This document shows, one piece after another, positions 37,976-50,590 of a stretch of DNA of 64,000 nt (its first letter is position 1; each line of letters begins with the position of its first letter). The DNA comes from Chiloscyllium plagiosum. Its lineage: Eukaryota. Where the stretch lies: contig NC_057758.1 in NCBI RefSeq assembly GCF_004010195.1, forward strand, positions 8,106,748 to 8,170,747, written 5' to 3'. Position numbers and translations under genes: made by a program. A model generated the notes under the pieces. It was not told the origin of the DNA. It did no database searches and saw only the letters and a list, made by a program, of their open reading frames with translations.

Positions 37976-40900
37976 CAAATCTCGTGTCAAAACTTTCCAT
38001 GAGTTTTTTTGAGAATAACTATTCGACATCCAAATGCAGTAATTCTTCCATTCATCCTCTATTCAACGATTTTTCTACAGTTGAGGAATATTTCTAAAAA
38101 TTAATTCTTCGACGCGACACATCTATCCCTAAACTGTTTTGGAACAGCCTGATTGTATTCTATTTGCCCTAGTCTGTTGTTTCTTCTGAATTGGTCACAA
38201 TTTTCTAATTGCCGTTTGGTAGTTGAGAACATTTTGCAGTTTTCTACTTCCTGCCTTCATTCTTTCATTGATGACAGTGCGAAGGGTGCAGTGATGCAAT
38301 GCGCAAGGATGGTTCCTAACACCAGATAGCGCTGGTGTATTTCTCCCCTTATATCTACTCAATATCCTGTAAATATTTTTTCTGTATTTTTGAATGGAAG
38401 AATATTGAGCATACGTGATGTGTCAATCTGAAGTTAATTTATTGATCTCTAATGGGTTCCTTCTGTTCTTATTTTATACAGAATCATACAGATATACAGC
38501 CCAGAGAAAATATCCTTAGCCCAGCAGGCCCATGCTTAATAAATTTCCAGAACTGAATTGAGCCCATTTGCCAAAGTTTGACTCATATATTTTAACTGTT
38601 TCAATTGTACCCACATTCTACCAGTTCGTTTGGTAACTTGTTCCATATATGCTCCCACTTCCCCTCTGTGTTACAAATTTCCTCCTCAGCTTTCTTTTGC
38701 ATATTAGCCCTCTCACCTTAACCCTATGCCCTGCATCTTTAAAACTCCACTATCATGAGTAAATATATTGGCATTTCACATTACCTCTGTCCCTTATGGT
38801 TTTATAAACATTAGTAAAGTCACCCCTGAGCCTCCTACACTCCAGAGGAGTAATGGCTCTGCCTATTCCATCTCTGCTTCTCACTCAAAGTCTCCAGTGT
38901 CTATAACATTTGGAAAAACCCTTCTGTTTTGTTTTCATTTGGCATCAAAGGCTATTCCAGGAGAGAGTGTATCGCTGACAATCAGGATGCATTCATCCCT
39001 CTCAACTTTCAAGTGAATCATCAAAACAGATTTTGAAAATTTGGTATGTGCATAGAATAAATTCCACACTAATTACTATATCTCAATTCCCCTTCTATAT
39101 GACTGCCTGACAGCAAAGCACTGAAAGTTAACACACGTAGTATTGGCAAAGAGACTTTGCACACTCACCATCACGACTGGCGTCCATGTCTACCGAAGTA
39201 ATTCATGTCAATGTCCACATCAGCTCGTCTGCTATGGAATGCATTCAACAAGGTATTTCCCATGTTTGAATTTGACTCTTCCATGATCTACCTCCTGGGC
39301 TCTATCAAATATGAAATGCTGCCATGGAGCATTCTCCAACCTCGCACTAAAATCTGTCCCATGTGGCTCTCTGTCTGAAACAGGAACCTACTGCACAACA
39401 ACTTCGTAATTGTCATTCCCGTTCTCTCGACTGAGTCACGCTTTCAATGATCTCTCCCTGTCTCCGAAAAAAATCAACAGTTCTAAATCCTTGCAAGACC
39501 ATTGTGTGCTTCTCATTCTGGCAACCGAAGTAATCACAAGTTCCGTTTCAACACTCCACTATGAGTGGCTGCATTTATCGCAAAATGCACTCCGGTCTTT
39601 GTTGACTGCTCCCCAGAAGCTCTCTACTTTGTATTCCTTAGTGATAACAACGATATAAATCGGTCAGTTTGTGCAGAATTCTGGTCACCTCTATCAATCA
39701 TCTATTGTATGCCTCACTGTCATCTTACACTTTACTATCAGTTCAGAAGAGCAATATCAATGTGTGTTACTTGTGAGAGAAGGAGAATGTTATCCACCTA
39801 TGAGAGAAGGAGAATGTCATTCACATGAGTCTTCACGATATTAACAGGACAGCACAGGGTGTCTTATGATAAATTGTTTTCACGGATGGGACATGCAAAA
39901 ACGAGGTTACAATATATGATTTTGTGCATACCATTCAGAAGAGATGTTCAGAAACAGTTTCATATACAAGAGTGGTACATGTTCATAACTCTTTTGCAAA
40001 CACGGCTGTGGATGCTCAATGAGCTGTTACGTCTAAGTCTGAGATAGACTTTTTTATTTTGTTCAGTTAAGGTCATTAGACGATTGGAATCAAAGCTAAT
40101 ATGTTGATTTCGGTCACAAATCATGATCTAATCCAAGAACAGGCTCGAGTACCTGAATGGCCTTTTACTGTTCCAATACAACTACGTTCTTATGTTTTGC
40201 CAGGTAGCGCTGTTATAAACAGTTTCTAACGTTTTAGTTTCCACCTTTACTCTCTCACGAGCCTCTCACACATCTCTCCCAGACTAACTCAGCGTTCCAG
40301 CTATTCAGAAGACAGTATGTGTTGGATTGAATTGGAGTTAAGTGCAACATCCGTGGATGTTAATTCTGTCACTGGAGGGTAACTTTGAACACGACATTCT
40401 TTCTGTAGTGTGTCACATCTGCACAAGAATATCTCCAGCTCAACAAATCAGCGATATACGAGACAATGATCAGAATCTGAGGCATAGAGATTGTAATATA
40501 ATGTCCTTGGAACATGGAATACTACAGTAATTAAGAAGAATTTATTGTATTGATTCTGGTTTCTCATACCAGATTATAATTGAATAAAATTATCAACTTG
40601 CATTTCCTATGCTCTGAGAATGGTCCAATCTTTTTATTATCCCATCTCAGCTGTTGTCGGTGTCACTAGTCAGAGCCTCTGCATTGTGTCAATAAACAAT
40701 ACTTTATCGCTTTCTGTTGATTGCCTGATATCCCTCCGACATTTTACCTCGTTGTTAAGTACGCAAAGCTTCTGTGTGCGTTTTTCTCATTTCACAAGTA
40801 ATTATTAACAATATCAAACTCGCTCTCTTTTCTTCACTGTTCTGCTCGTCTGCAAACGCACAATTTTACAGCAGGGGTGAAGAACGTAAATGTGCTTGCA

Positions 40901-41239
40901 TTCCGTGCAAAATGATTCAAATCGAGGATCATGGAGGTCGTGCTTTGGTTGTCAAGATTCTTGATAAGACCACGTCTGATGATTCTACGTAGTTTTGTTC
41001 TGCCTACCTGTTGAAGGATAATCTTGGGATTGAGGGTGTATGGCAAACGTTTACTAACTTCGTTCCATGGATGGTTGGATAAATGTGTGAGGAGAGGTTG
41101 AATCGATGAGAGTTATGTTCACTCGTGTATAGATGAATTAAGTGTGGCAAGAAAGTTATCTCATAGACACCGATAAAATTCTAACAGGAAGAAACGAATG
41201 CAAGAAGGATATTCCCGATGATGATGCGAAGGATATAAA

Positions 41240-41868
41240 GTAAATTATTGTTGACGTTCTGAGGAGAAATTGTTGGCATAAGTAGGGAAAATGTGTTAGA
41301 TAGGTTAGAAGTTATTAAGGTGGATATATCCCCAGCACCGGATGGGATCTATCCAAGGTTGCCAAGGGAGGAGAGAGAGAGGAAACAGATGGGGCCCTGA
41401 AAGATATGTTTGTAGCATTCTTACACGCAGGTGAGGTGCTGGAGGACTGGAGGGTTGCTCATGTTCTCGCCCTGTGCAAGTATAATAGTAGGGATATTCC
41501 AGGTAACTACAGAGAAGTGAGCCTGATGTCAATGGAGGAAATGTTGCTGTGGAAGTTTCTGAGGGATAAAATCAATTTATATTTGGAACAGAATGGGCGT
41601 ATCAGTGATAGGCAACATGGTTTTGTGCGGGAAAGTTCGTGCCTTGCCAACTTAATAGAGTTCTTTGAGGAAATGACCAAGATGATACATGAAGGAAGGG
41701 CTGTTGATGTCATATACATGGACGTTAATAAGGCGTTTGATAAGGTTCCTCATGGAGACTAATGGAGAAAGTGAAGCCACAAGTTTTCAGGTTATTCCAG
41801 CCACGTGCATAAATAACTGGTTGAGCAATAGGACACAATAGTATTGGAAGAGAGTTTCCCGAAATGGG
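41240..41868 (+). mobile_element. CR1 ORF2 RT fragment (tandem unit 1)
   Basis: EDWRVAHV, RQHGFV, SCLANLIEFFEE and DVNKAFDKVPH. Confidence 0.9.
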
Positions 41869-41914
41869 TGTGAGAAACAAAAGCTCACTCACTTTAATAA
41901 TTTCAGTCCGAGAT
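41869..41914 (-). repeat. 46-bp remnant of the ERV-A LTR 3' end
   Basis: Exact reverse complement of 58182-58227, with the same CR1 junction. Confidence 0.92.
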
Positions 41915-42571
41915 AAATTAATTTTGACGTTCTGAGGATAAATTATTGGCATAAGTAGGGAAATGTTTTAGATAGGTTAGAGGTTATTAAGGTGGATATA
42001 TCCCCAGCACCGGATGGGATCTATCCAAGGTTGCCAAGGGAGGAGAGAGAGAGGAAACAGATGGGGCCCTGAAAGATATGTTTGTAGCATTCTTACACGC
42101 AGGTGAGGTGCTGGAGGACTGGAGGGTTGCTCATCTTGTCGCCCTGTGCAAGTATAGTAGTAGGGATATTCCATGTAACTACAGAGAAGTGAGCCGGATG
42201 TCAGTGGAGGAAATGTTGCTGTGGAAGGTACTGAGGGATAAATTCAATTTATATTTGGAACAGAATGGGCGTATCAGTGATAGGCAACATGGTTTTGTGC
42301 GGGAAAGATCGTGCCTTGCCAACTTTATAGAGTTCTTTGAGGAAATGACCAAGATGATAGATGAAGGAAGGGTTGTTGATGTCATATACATGGACGTTAA
42401 TAAGGCGTTTGATAAGGTTCCTCGTGGTAAACTAATCGAGAAAGTGAAGCCACAAGTGTTCAGGTTATCCAGCCACGCGTGTAAATAACTGGTTGAGCAA
42501 CAGGACACAATAGTATTGGAAGAGGGTTTCCCGAAATGGGGAAGGAGAACAGTGGTGTTCCACAGGGATCC
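41915..42571 (+). mobile_element. CR1 ORF2 RT fragment (tandem unit 2, 672-bp offset) carrying the ERV-A empty site
   Basis: Same motifs as unit 1; continues past GAAATGGG (42540) into AGTGGTGTTCCACAGGGATC (SGVPQG). Confidence 0.88.
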
Positions 42572-42779
42572 AAGCCTGAAAGTGGTCTCCCTCCTCACTT
42601 GGAGTCACAGGCGAAAACCCCGTCCCATAATAACTGGAAGAGGAAAAGATGACCCAAAGACACTGCACAATCTGAACGTGCCTGCAACACATGCAAGTCA
42701 GGCGTCTCCATCCGAAAAAGGCTTTGGTACCACAACAGACAGCAGATCACTGTAGTAGAGTGGCGAACCCACAGCGGAG

Positions 42780-43900
42780 GAGGAGGCCGAAACAACAGGA
42801 AATTGTTGCATAGCAAGACACTTAACTAGAACTAAAAAGACATAAAGAACAGCAACAGACAAAGGCAACGACAAGCAACATAAAACTCGCAACAAAGCCA
42901 AGCTCAGGGAATCAAACCCCCCGTCTGACCAACATACCAGACACCGAGTCAAAGACCCGATGTCTGGACCCCGCATTCTCCTTACATTCCTTCTATGAAG
43001 TCTGCAGCTTACCACCGCCTGAGTAAATATCCTTCAGGGCCAGTATTATTGGGAGCAAAGTTACAGCAACATTTTCGAAACAACACATAAACCACACATT
43101 TCTGAGCCAAAATCCAGTCCAAAACCCGCCTGTTCTGACGCGCTGTCCGACTGGTCCTATCCAATTCCTCACCCAGCGCAGAGAGGGCATCGTCGAGTAA
43201 TTAATAAATGTACGGTAATTGTAAAGTATATAATTAATCCGCTCAGCATTCTTGCTAATCACTATGGCAGGCATAAGCAACTCCAAGCCATGGCGATCGC
43301 ATTCCTGGCCTTGAACACATTGGGGAGACCCCTTGGTTAACCTATACCAAAAGGTGTGCTGCTGGATCAGGGACATTCCCCCGTTTCGGACGGTGCAGAG
43401 TCGGTTGTAATAGGACATTGACACTACCAAGGGATATCCACCCGCTGTAGCAAATGGATGAAATCTAATTGAGCAAAGGAGTCAAAGGTTTCAGGACTGG
43501 GGGGCGGGGGGGGGGGGGGGCTCAGTGACCTCCCCCAACAAGTCCTCAGTTACACAAGCGGGATAACGTTCTCCTTCAACAAAAGTATAATCGAACGTCT
43601 CCGAGGCGCATAACCCCCACAAGCCTCACTCACCGACTACCCAAGGCAATGGAAAGCAATGATGGGCCGCAACAAGCCTTCCAACCGTCGCAGCCGCTTC
43701 TCAGCCCTCACAAATCTCATCCTGGAGACCGTCTGCGCACGTGGGAGCACCCTGATACAGTGACGAAAATGATACCATGCAGGTCGACGCATCATTGTAA
43801 CGGTCTCGTTACTGAAAAGGGACAACCTCCCCTCGGCTCATTCCATTTCCTCCGGAAAAAAACATGTACATACACCTGACCTCCAACTCCAATAGGCCTC
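42780..43900 (-). pseudogene. env: ERV-B env
   Basis: Across frameshifts: RGLPNVFKARNAIA, ISKNAERINYILYNYRTFINYS, QNRRVLDWILAQK, CCNFAPNNTGPEG and a hydrophobic anchor. Confidence 0.8.
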
Positions 43901-45070
43901 TTCCAGATTCCAGACAATGTGTCCCGCAGTATTTCCTGTGTGTGGATTAACTTATGAAACATAATTAGTTGTTGTACCTACTACTTAAATTCAAATTCCA
44001 ACCGCTCGATTCCGGGCCCGTCATATGTACCCCTCCACTCAGACAATGGCATGGGTCCACTTGTCAGCATTTCATCATGCGGTTAGTTTGCATACCATAG
44101 CTCATTAATGCCAACGGCAGCGCATCTACCAAGTTAAGATTGGTGCTCGCACAAATCTTTTTCAACTTAGCCATTAAAGTACCGCTATTCTACTCCACCA
44201 TACACTGCGACTAGGGACGATGCACACAGGCAAATCTTAAGCATAATCCGCAAGGTCTGCAGCACCAACTGAAAAATCGTCTGGACAAAGGCAGATCCAT
44301 TATCCGAACTGATTCCACATGGTATGCCAAATCTCAGAATAACTTCAGTTGTTAAAAATATCGCCACAGCCCCTGTCCATGAATCTCGTGAAGGGATCGC
44401 TTCTACCCATCTACTAAATCAGTCAATGACCACCAACACATATGTCTGTTTTCTCACCATTCTTATAATGTCCACATCGTCGACCACCAAATGCTTAGAT
44501 GACCCCTCAGGTCCAGGCATATGCCCCTGTGGTGGTCGCTAACGCTTTCTGACATTTGTTTGAGCACAAACACCACATTGCAATAATATGTAAACCACCA
44601 AATCCCAGTAGTAATGTGACCAAAATCCATCCCTCATTATCTTCCTCAGCACTTCGCCTCGAGCACAGTGATCCAACTCATGTGCACTCTGAACAAAGAA
44701 TGGTCAACAAAAGGGTCGATGCCACCCAGAAACCTTCCTCTGTGCATCTCAGGCCACCGGGTCTCACGTGACCTCCCCCTCCTTTGACCCCACAACAGCT
44801 GCTCAGCTAGGATTACCTCACCTTGCATGATGTTTGCTCTGTTGGCTTTGCGGCACTACGACAACTGAATCGCACCCAGCAACCAAGCCAAACCCTTCAT
44901 CTGCTGCCTGATAACCCTTGACCACCAAATCACCACCTGTCTTGTGCACCTGACACTTTATAATCGCTAACGCTGCAGGCATCATCAATGTGGTCTACAA
45001 CTCGGCAATCCGCTGACAATGTTGTTTAGGACCCCCATTGCCCCTTCAAAAACCCCTATACTTACTTATC
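43900..45070 (-). pseudogene. pol: ERV-B RNase H C-terminus and integrase
   Basis: LAIIKCQVHK...KGYQAADE (RNase H); YVLVVID*FSRWVEAIP and RFGIPCGISSDNGSAF (integrase). Confidence 0.85.
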
Positions 45071-45319
45071 AACACAGCAACAGTCTATAAATGATGCGGG
45101 GTGACAACCTTACTGTGCCACCCTAAGCCTCATGGGGATTCTCGCCAAAAGGCTCTATACAATGCAGCTCAGACTAAGGTGGCTCAGCCAAAGGCAGCAA
45201 AGCTAAAGCATCTGTCCCCCCTTTCTCCCAAATCACCCAAGATAACCATATTTTTCCCTATCCAATATACATTAACCATCCCGGCTCCGTGCAACGCCAA
45301 CTGAAATCTCACTCTATCT

Positions 45320-45650
45320 ACACTAAATCCCTTTTGTGTACATTGAAATACTAATTCTAACTTCTATAAAGCAACCCTACCCAGCAATTTAATTAATGTC
45401 CCATTCGAGACTAAGAAAGGCAATGCTACTGACTTCCTATCAATTTGTAGATTTAATGCAGCTGTAAACCTTGTCAACTGCAGATTAGCCAGGACCCTAC
45501 AGTCTACATATATTTACCCGGCAAAGGGATGTGACCAGCATAGTGCGGTTGGACACAAATATACATAACTCCAATATCTATCATCATAATTGTCAACCGT
45601 CCTTTTACATTAACGTGTAAAATTGGTTCTTGTTCAGCGTCCCGTGTCAT
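45320..45650 (-). pseudogene. pro: ERV-B protease
   Basis: EPILHVNVKGRLTIMMIDIG (decayed DTG) and LPFLVS...IKLLGRVAL. Confidence 0.7.
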
Positions 45651-45699
45651 CATCGGGTATAGCCCCTTCCCACTTGGGTTCTCTGGGCATTCCTAACAC

Positions 45700-46900
45700 A
45701 CGCTACATAGATTTGCAGGCCCCGTCGGGCCAGAAGGGAACTGTGGCACGACAGCCGGAGCTTCCCGACTCATAGGTCTTCGCTGTGGCCAGGAGGGCTG
45801 GGGCCAATATGGACAAATTCTCTTCAAATTACCTAGTTGATTACTCCCGAGCACACTACTCTCGATCCTCTCTCAATCTGACTTCAAATTGTCCAACTGC
45901 TCCCTTTGCCCCCCCCCCTCCCCCCAACCCCACAAACACCTCTCTGCATCTGTCCGTTGAGATCCCTGTTCTGTCTAGGCTGTTGATTAATTGTATTTTG
46001 CGTTTGATGTGGGACTTGTGGAAATGTCCCTCCAAAAATGTTTGTTACCAGCACGGGATTCAGTGGCCCTTGCCAGATGGCTTTAGAGTATTCTCCCTGT
46101 ACCGGCATGGTGATCATTGCATGAGCGTCGACAAATCCAGATGTCAAAAGCAAGATGATCTCGCTTTTGCCTCTTTCTTTTTTTAAAGATCCTCAAGCTG
46201 TATCAATGTCAAATTTCATTGCACTTCCTCCTGCTGTTCACCAGCCTCTTTTTGTCTTTCCACAATCTTTCGAAAAAAAATTGACCGCATGATCTCTATA
46301 TTCCTGGCGGGTCATAGATATTAGGCCCACTATCTTCTTTCACTTAGATTTGATTTGAAGTGCATTGTCTCGGCAGTAGCAGTCCAGAACATTGCAGTTA
46401 ATAGTTGACGACCTTCCATAATGTGTTCTGTTTGAAACCTCCACTTTTTCAACTGGTTTTCTAAATAGGCTGCAGGGTATTCAGTGTCTACCCAAAGGGC
46501 CCCCACTCAAGGCTTTGTGGACAACCTTGGACGGATAATAGTCTAAGGGCCTGCCATACCCTTGTCTTACTCTATCAAACCAAGTAGGACCAATCATAGG
46601 ATTGCCCACAACATTCTTCAGGTCAGTCCATTATCGATCTTAATTGTGAGAGCCCGACTCCCGTATTAGCAGTACCTTCAAATTTCCCACCGCCAACAGC
46701 TGCTCTGTGGTTACGTATTCAAAGTCTCTAATCCATGTTCCTGCTCCATCACGTAAACTGGACAACACATTTCTTACCCTTTCGAGATCCTGGGTTTCCC
46801 AAGGAATGTAGAGCGGCTGTATTCCTGCCACCCCTACTTTTATAAACAATGACAGCATCTTACACTAGGGGAGCTTCTTTCCCTTCGTAAAATTGCGACA
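45700..46900 (-). pseudogene. gag: ERV-B gag capsid region
   Basis: YIPWETQDLE...GAGTWIRDFEYVT...LAVGNLKVLL resembles fish epsilon-like ERV capsid and lies upstream of pro. Confidence 0.6.
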
Positions 46901-48829
46901 TTGTGATTCCCCAACAGATATCAATTCCAACCTAACGTGTAGTTCCTCACATCACCCCACCTGTATCGCTGCCTCCTCTGCTCTCCTCCCCAATAACTCT
47001 CTCCCTGTCTCTGCACTACATTCCTGATATTACTTATATTTTCTTCGGAGTCATTTTGTTCTCTTAACATGCTCAATGTCTGAGCTTCTATATCTTTTAG
47101 AGAGGGGTGTGCCACAGAAAATAAACAAAAAAAAACAGGTGGGGTTTTGTCTTAATCACTTTAATCTATACTACTCCTCCCCCTGCGTAGTTTTACTGTA
47201 CAATCCTCAGTGTCGCCTCAAAATTTAATTTACCATCCTCTCTCGTTCTTTGGTTCGGAGAAACCCAGCAGCAGCTTTTTTTACGATTCTTCGTTCTCGA
47301 AAAAACTCCCTTATTCGACAGAATATATTCCAAATTAGCAGCAAAAGCCAACCATTTTCTTTTTTCAGTCTAACTCAGGAGAGCTCCCGCTTTAACTGGG
47401 AAGTGCCCTGCAGCTGCAGCCTATTTTCAGAGGAAATTGTTTTTTTTCCTACTCCTGTCTGGGGTGCGAAATTTGTTGCGGAAGAATCACTCAGTGTTAT
47501 ATAAAAAATACCAGGAGACACAGAAAATTCTTCACGAAATTAAAATTTCATCTTGCAAAGCCAAATCTGTGGGAGCCAGCAATATGTCTTCCTGGCTCCC
47601 TGCACGCTCTTTGTTGTCCAGCAACTGATACAATTGTTCTTCCCGCGCTTATTGGAGAACGTTAGCATAAGCAAACATTCTGGCGTGCTTTATCTTTCTC
47701 AACTAATCATCATCCGCCATACTGATTCCCTCCATCACACTTAACCTATGGCATTACAACACCGTCATTTTCAGCTCATGCCCCAGTGATACAGATGCCC
47801 TACCACAACGCATTACCATTACCCGTTACTTGTACCCTGTATAGTGATCCCGGACTTGCATTACAACATTAAGTTAACTGCATAACTGCCAGAGTATCTT
47901 CCATAAGACTTGCTGAAAAAAAAAAGTTTTCCAATCTAAACTGTTCCTTTTTGGCTGCGTTTGACCCATAAAGCTCTAAAGAATTACTATTTGGGTACAA
48001 ATCCAAACGGGGTTGAAATATAAATGTATCTGCATTTACCAGATCCTCTGTCAGGTCATTCTATATGGGGACTTCCATCCGTGGTCCTACACCACTTGTT
48101 TAAATCTTTTACCCCTCATCTTAAAATTATGGTGAATTTTGAAAGGCTGAGCAGCATTGAATGGCTGAATAGCCGACTGTTGCTCCCATTTTCGAGACCT
48201 CTCTCAGAAGCATTAACCAGAATTCGTGCTCTTTTTATCCTTGATATTGTGCTATTGGAAAGATGGGAAGCGTTGTCAACAGTATCACAAAATGTACTGC
48301 GTGTGAACTGACAGCTTAGCGCTCTCCTTCCCAGCTACGATAAAACCAATCATAATAAGGGCCGAGTTCAATCTTGTCACCGCGCGATCATTTGCACTAC
48401 TTCCTTCTGCTTTCATTGTATTATTCACAAATTTTGGATGTCTGATGTATTCACCTCTAACTCTGCCTTTGCTAATGCCAGGCAAAATTATTCTATTCTC
48501 ACTGACAATTCATACAATTCTCAGCACTGATAAACCAAAACTGCACTGTGACAGAGTTGCCTTATTCGAACACAAAGCAAGTCAGACTTGTCTGTTCTCA
48601 CGGTTTACACAGAATTACTCGGTCCCATTTAGGAAACAACTGAAGTGTCGGACAAAGACGCTTGTTTTGCAAGTCCTAGTTGGTTGCACCGTTCGTATTA
48701 CTCCCAACGCGCTCACTGTTAACAGAGTTCTACACGTTCCATTTCTTTGAATTCTGTATTTTTGGAAGGTGGAAGGGTCAATTATGAAAAGACACTGGTA
48801 TATGATGTTGGTGGTGGGTGGCGTGGTGG

Positions 48830-49680
48830 TGTTTTATTGAGATGTGCGAGGTAGGTTTTTCACGCAAAGTATTCTGAGTGCCTGGAACACGCTGACGGAG
48901 GAGGTAATGCAATCCAAAACAATTGAAACACTTGGGCAAACTCATGAATAGGAAAGGAATAGAGGAATACGTATCACATTAGTGTGGGAACTTTTAGTAT
49001 GGTAAGGCAAAGTTCGCAAATATTTGCGAACTGTAGGGCTTGTTCATGTGCTGTATTGTTCTTTGTCTTATCTTCAGTAGTAAAGATACAGCAGCAGAGC
49101 GCTCGGTCCAACGTTTCTGCACTGGCTCTTCGAAAGCATAGTATGTTTAATGACAGTATCCTTGCATTTCGCTAGCACAATACGTATCCATTTTTCGCAA
49201 ATCTTCTTCCAGTATCTATTTTGAACTCCTCAATGGAGCGTGCCTTCGATATACTCAGGGCCTGTGCATTCCTGGACAAAATTCCGTGGTTTGCAAGATA
49301 GATTGTTTTCTCCATTCATTTGTGTTGTTTTGCAACTACCTTTTATTCTGTATCTGACCCCATTTTCCCGGTTCTCTGTTCATTTGCAAACGGGAAGATA
49401 TTTTTGCGGCACTCCGTGGACCACGTTCCTCATGAACTTGGCACTCCCCTGTCAAATCCAACAACCATCATCACTTCACCCCGACACTCCCCCTTTTACC
49501 TGTCTCTTGTCCATAGAAAGAAGTCTCGCATTCTCCAAACCACAGAAGTGAGGCTTTTCTTTTTAACCATGAAAACATTCGCAAAGCTCTTCGGCACTCT
49601 CTGTCTCTCTAAAATGTTCATATGCAGCCCAGAGTGTGATGTCCAGAACTATGGGCTAAACTCCAGCTGAGAATGGAAGC
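48830..49680. mobile_element. CR1 3' fragments (plus strand ~48830-49070; minus strand ~49200-49680)
   Basis: GRFFTQ...WNTL-like stretch and tail on the plus strand; FWT...LERV and WST motifs on the minus strand. Confidence 0.6.
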
Positions 49681-49834
49681 TGCAGTGAAGACAATCAATA
49701 ATGAAAAAGACTTGGGGTGGGGGTGCGGAAACTGAATAGGATAATACATACTGAATTTATTCACAGTTAATCACATCGCATGACCAGAAATTTGTCCACC
49801 CGTGACCACAATGGACACAATATTTGATTTGCAG

Positions 49835-50590
49835 GTGCCAGTCTGAACTGGGACGGACAATGTTAAAAATTATGCAACATCAGGTTATGGTGCATCAAAC
49901 GCAGACTCCTACGGACCCACACATTCACGGCCTAACCTCTCTCACGCTCATTTCTTACGCTCACGCCTGCACACCACACACAGACCCACACACGCACACT
50001 CTCACAGACCTACAACACATTACCCCACACACATAAGCACGCTCTTTCACAGACAACCACACGCCCTTCACACACTCCAATATACACATGCCCACTGGCT
50101 ACCCCCTGCACACACATAAATAAATTTGTGGGGTGAATTTGCATTTGCAGCATTAAATTATATTTTCCTCAAGAACTGCAGAAATCCATGTAAGATTTTT
50201 AAAGTGACTTTTTTTTTAATAATGTTGGTCTAACCTAACATTTGAACACGCACAGAATTTAACTTCCCACCTAATAACCAATTGTTAAAAACTATCTTGA
50301 GAATTTAATTTTAAAACAAGTTCTGGGATTTAGATAGGAAGGAACCGGAACAAGGAAGACCATTCTAAAAGAAAAACGGAAGAATTAACCGAAATTTGGT
50401 TAATGTTATATTCCACAGCACTGAAATCCTGTTGCGAAAAATTCGGCGTCCTATGATTCTGATCCACAAACACCTGATGAAGACGCAGCACTTCGAAAGC
50501 TTGTGCCTCCAAATAAACGTTCTGAACTATAATCTGATGTTGTCTGATTCTTAACTTTGTTCATCACAGTCCAACACCAGCACTTGGAAA
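49835..50590 (+). mobile_element. PLE pLTR with CA-rich tract and a short inverted 3'-end copy
   Basis: 49835-49895 is a reverse copy of ~50525-50580; HHR at 50471. Confidence 0.7.
50471..50505 (+). ncRNA. Minimal type I hammerhead ribozyme (core intact, stem II decayed)
   Basis: CAC CTGATGA AGACGCAGCACTTC GAAA GC TT GTG: stem I CAC/GTG and palindromic AAGCTT. Confidence 0.65.

Larger units (their letters stand above)
36315..41914 (+). repeat. Left arm of a large inverted duplication
   Basis: Reverse complement of 58182-64000; for example, ORFs 38768/61146, 39410/60504 and 39859/60115 are paired. Confidence 0.95.
42572..48190 (-). mobile_element. Second degraded endogenous retrovirus, ERV-B (gag, pro, RNase H, integrase, env); RT missing, no LTR recognised
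   Basis: Ordered minus-strand motifs for gag, protease, RNase H C-terminus, integrase core and env TM. The 5' boundary is uncertain. Confidence 0.8.

Noticed and set aside
44664..44701. CACAGTG with an A-rich nonamer-like sequence as a V(D)J recombination signal (also CACAGTG at ~12562)
   Set aside because: The nonamer is poor or absent, the site at 44664 lies inside ERV pol, and no Ig or TCR segments are nearby.
47860..48190. Precise ERV-B gag start (MGA at ~48189 or MGQ at ~47969) and primer-binding site
   Set aside because: Both candidate frames stop early and I could not recognise a PBS or LTR, so I used this only as an approximate boundary.
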